A stretch of 63,933 bases of DNA, the filler included, from Choristocarpus tenellus KU-1152 (taxonomy: Eukaryota; Protista; Phaeophyceae): the NCBI GenBank assembly GCA_964200185.2. It is 11 parts of 11 records of this genome, joined end to end, with 100 filler letters (N's around TTAATTAATTAA, not from the genome) between each part and the next. Parts side by side here need not be neighbours in the genome. Positions count along the whole stretch, not along the records: positions 58,196 to 63,933 come from CAXNAD020009878.1; 10 more parts are not named here. One strand, written 5' to 3'. Shown one piece after another: positions 63,781-63,933 of this stretch; within the stretch, counting starts at the first letter, position 1; each line of letters begins with the position of its first letter. Under the pieces are notes generated by a model. That model did not search any database. It was not told where the DNA came from and saw only the letters and a program-made list of their open reading frames with translations. A program made the translations under genes and the position numbers.

Positions 63781-63933
63781 TAGCTTGAAGCATCTGGGGG
63801 TGTGTGACGGCTGTCCATTTGGGGTCAATTTTTTCATGGTGCGATTTTTGGGTGATTGGTTGCACATGTCGGATGGATAATGTAAATGCACTTTTCCTGA
63901 TTTTGGGCCAAATGGACACCCTGGTGTAGACCC
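63781..63933. mobile_element. MITE family B copy running off the window end
   Basis: AAGCATCTGGGGG..GGCTGTCCATTTGGGG...CCAAATGGACACCCTGGTGTAGACCC; reverse complement of 36922-37100. Confidence 0.82.

Overview
This is eukaryotic draft-genome sequence, not prokaryotic. It consists of 11 contigs joined by artificial 100-bp linkers (44 N + TTAATTAATTAA + 44 N), so adjacency across linkers is not biological. Long GT-AG introns, interstitial TTAGGG repeats, poly-G/C tracts and the LINE types suggest a stramenopile alga, probably a brown alga or close relative (inference). Five spliced host-gene fragments were recognised by motif and splice phase: a ferric reductase/NADPH oxidase-type NAD(P)H-binding C-terminus (-), a Spinster-type MFS transporter exon (-), the 3' exons of a GH1 beta-glucosidase (+), the 3' exons of an SLC35F5-like transporter (-), and the 5' part of a secreted reprolysin-like metalloprotease (+). 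Much of the rest is decayed transposon sequence: two mariner (DD39D-type) relics with the same internal deletion, a piggyBac-like relic, an RTE-type LINE, a CRE-like LINE tail, a 570-bp foldback element, and two related MITE families with GAG/GGG termini (Sola2-like). One contig carries a candidate parent element encoding a transposase-like tail plus tandem Tudor-like modules. No rRNA, convincing tRNA, CRISPR array or RNA-guided nuclease was found. All assignments come from manual translation and recalled motifs; no database search was run.
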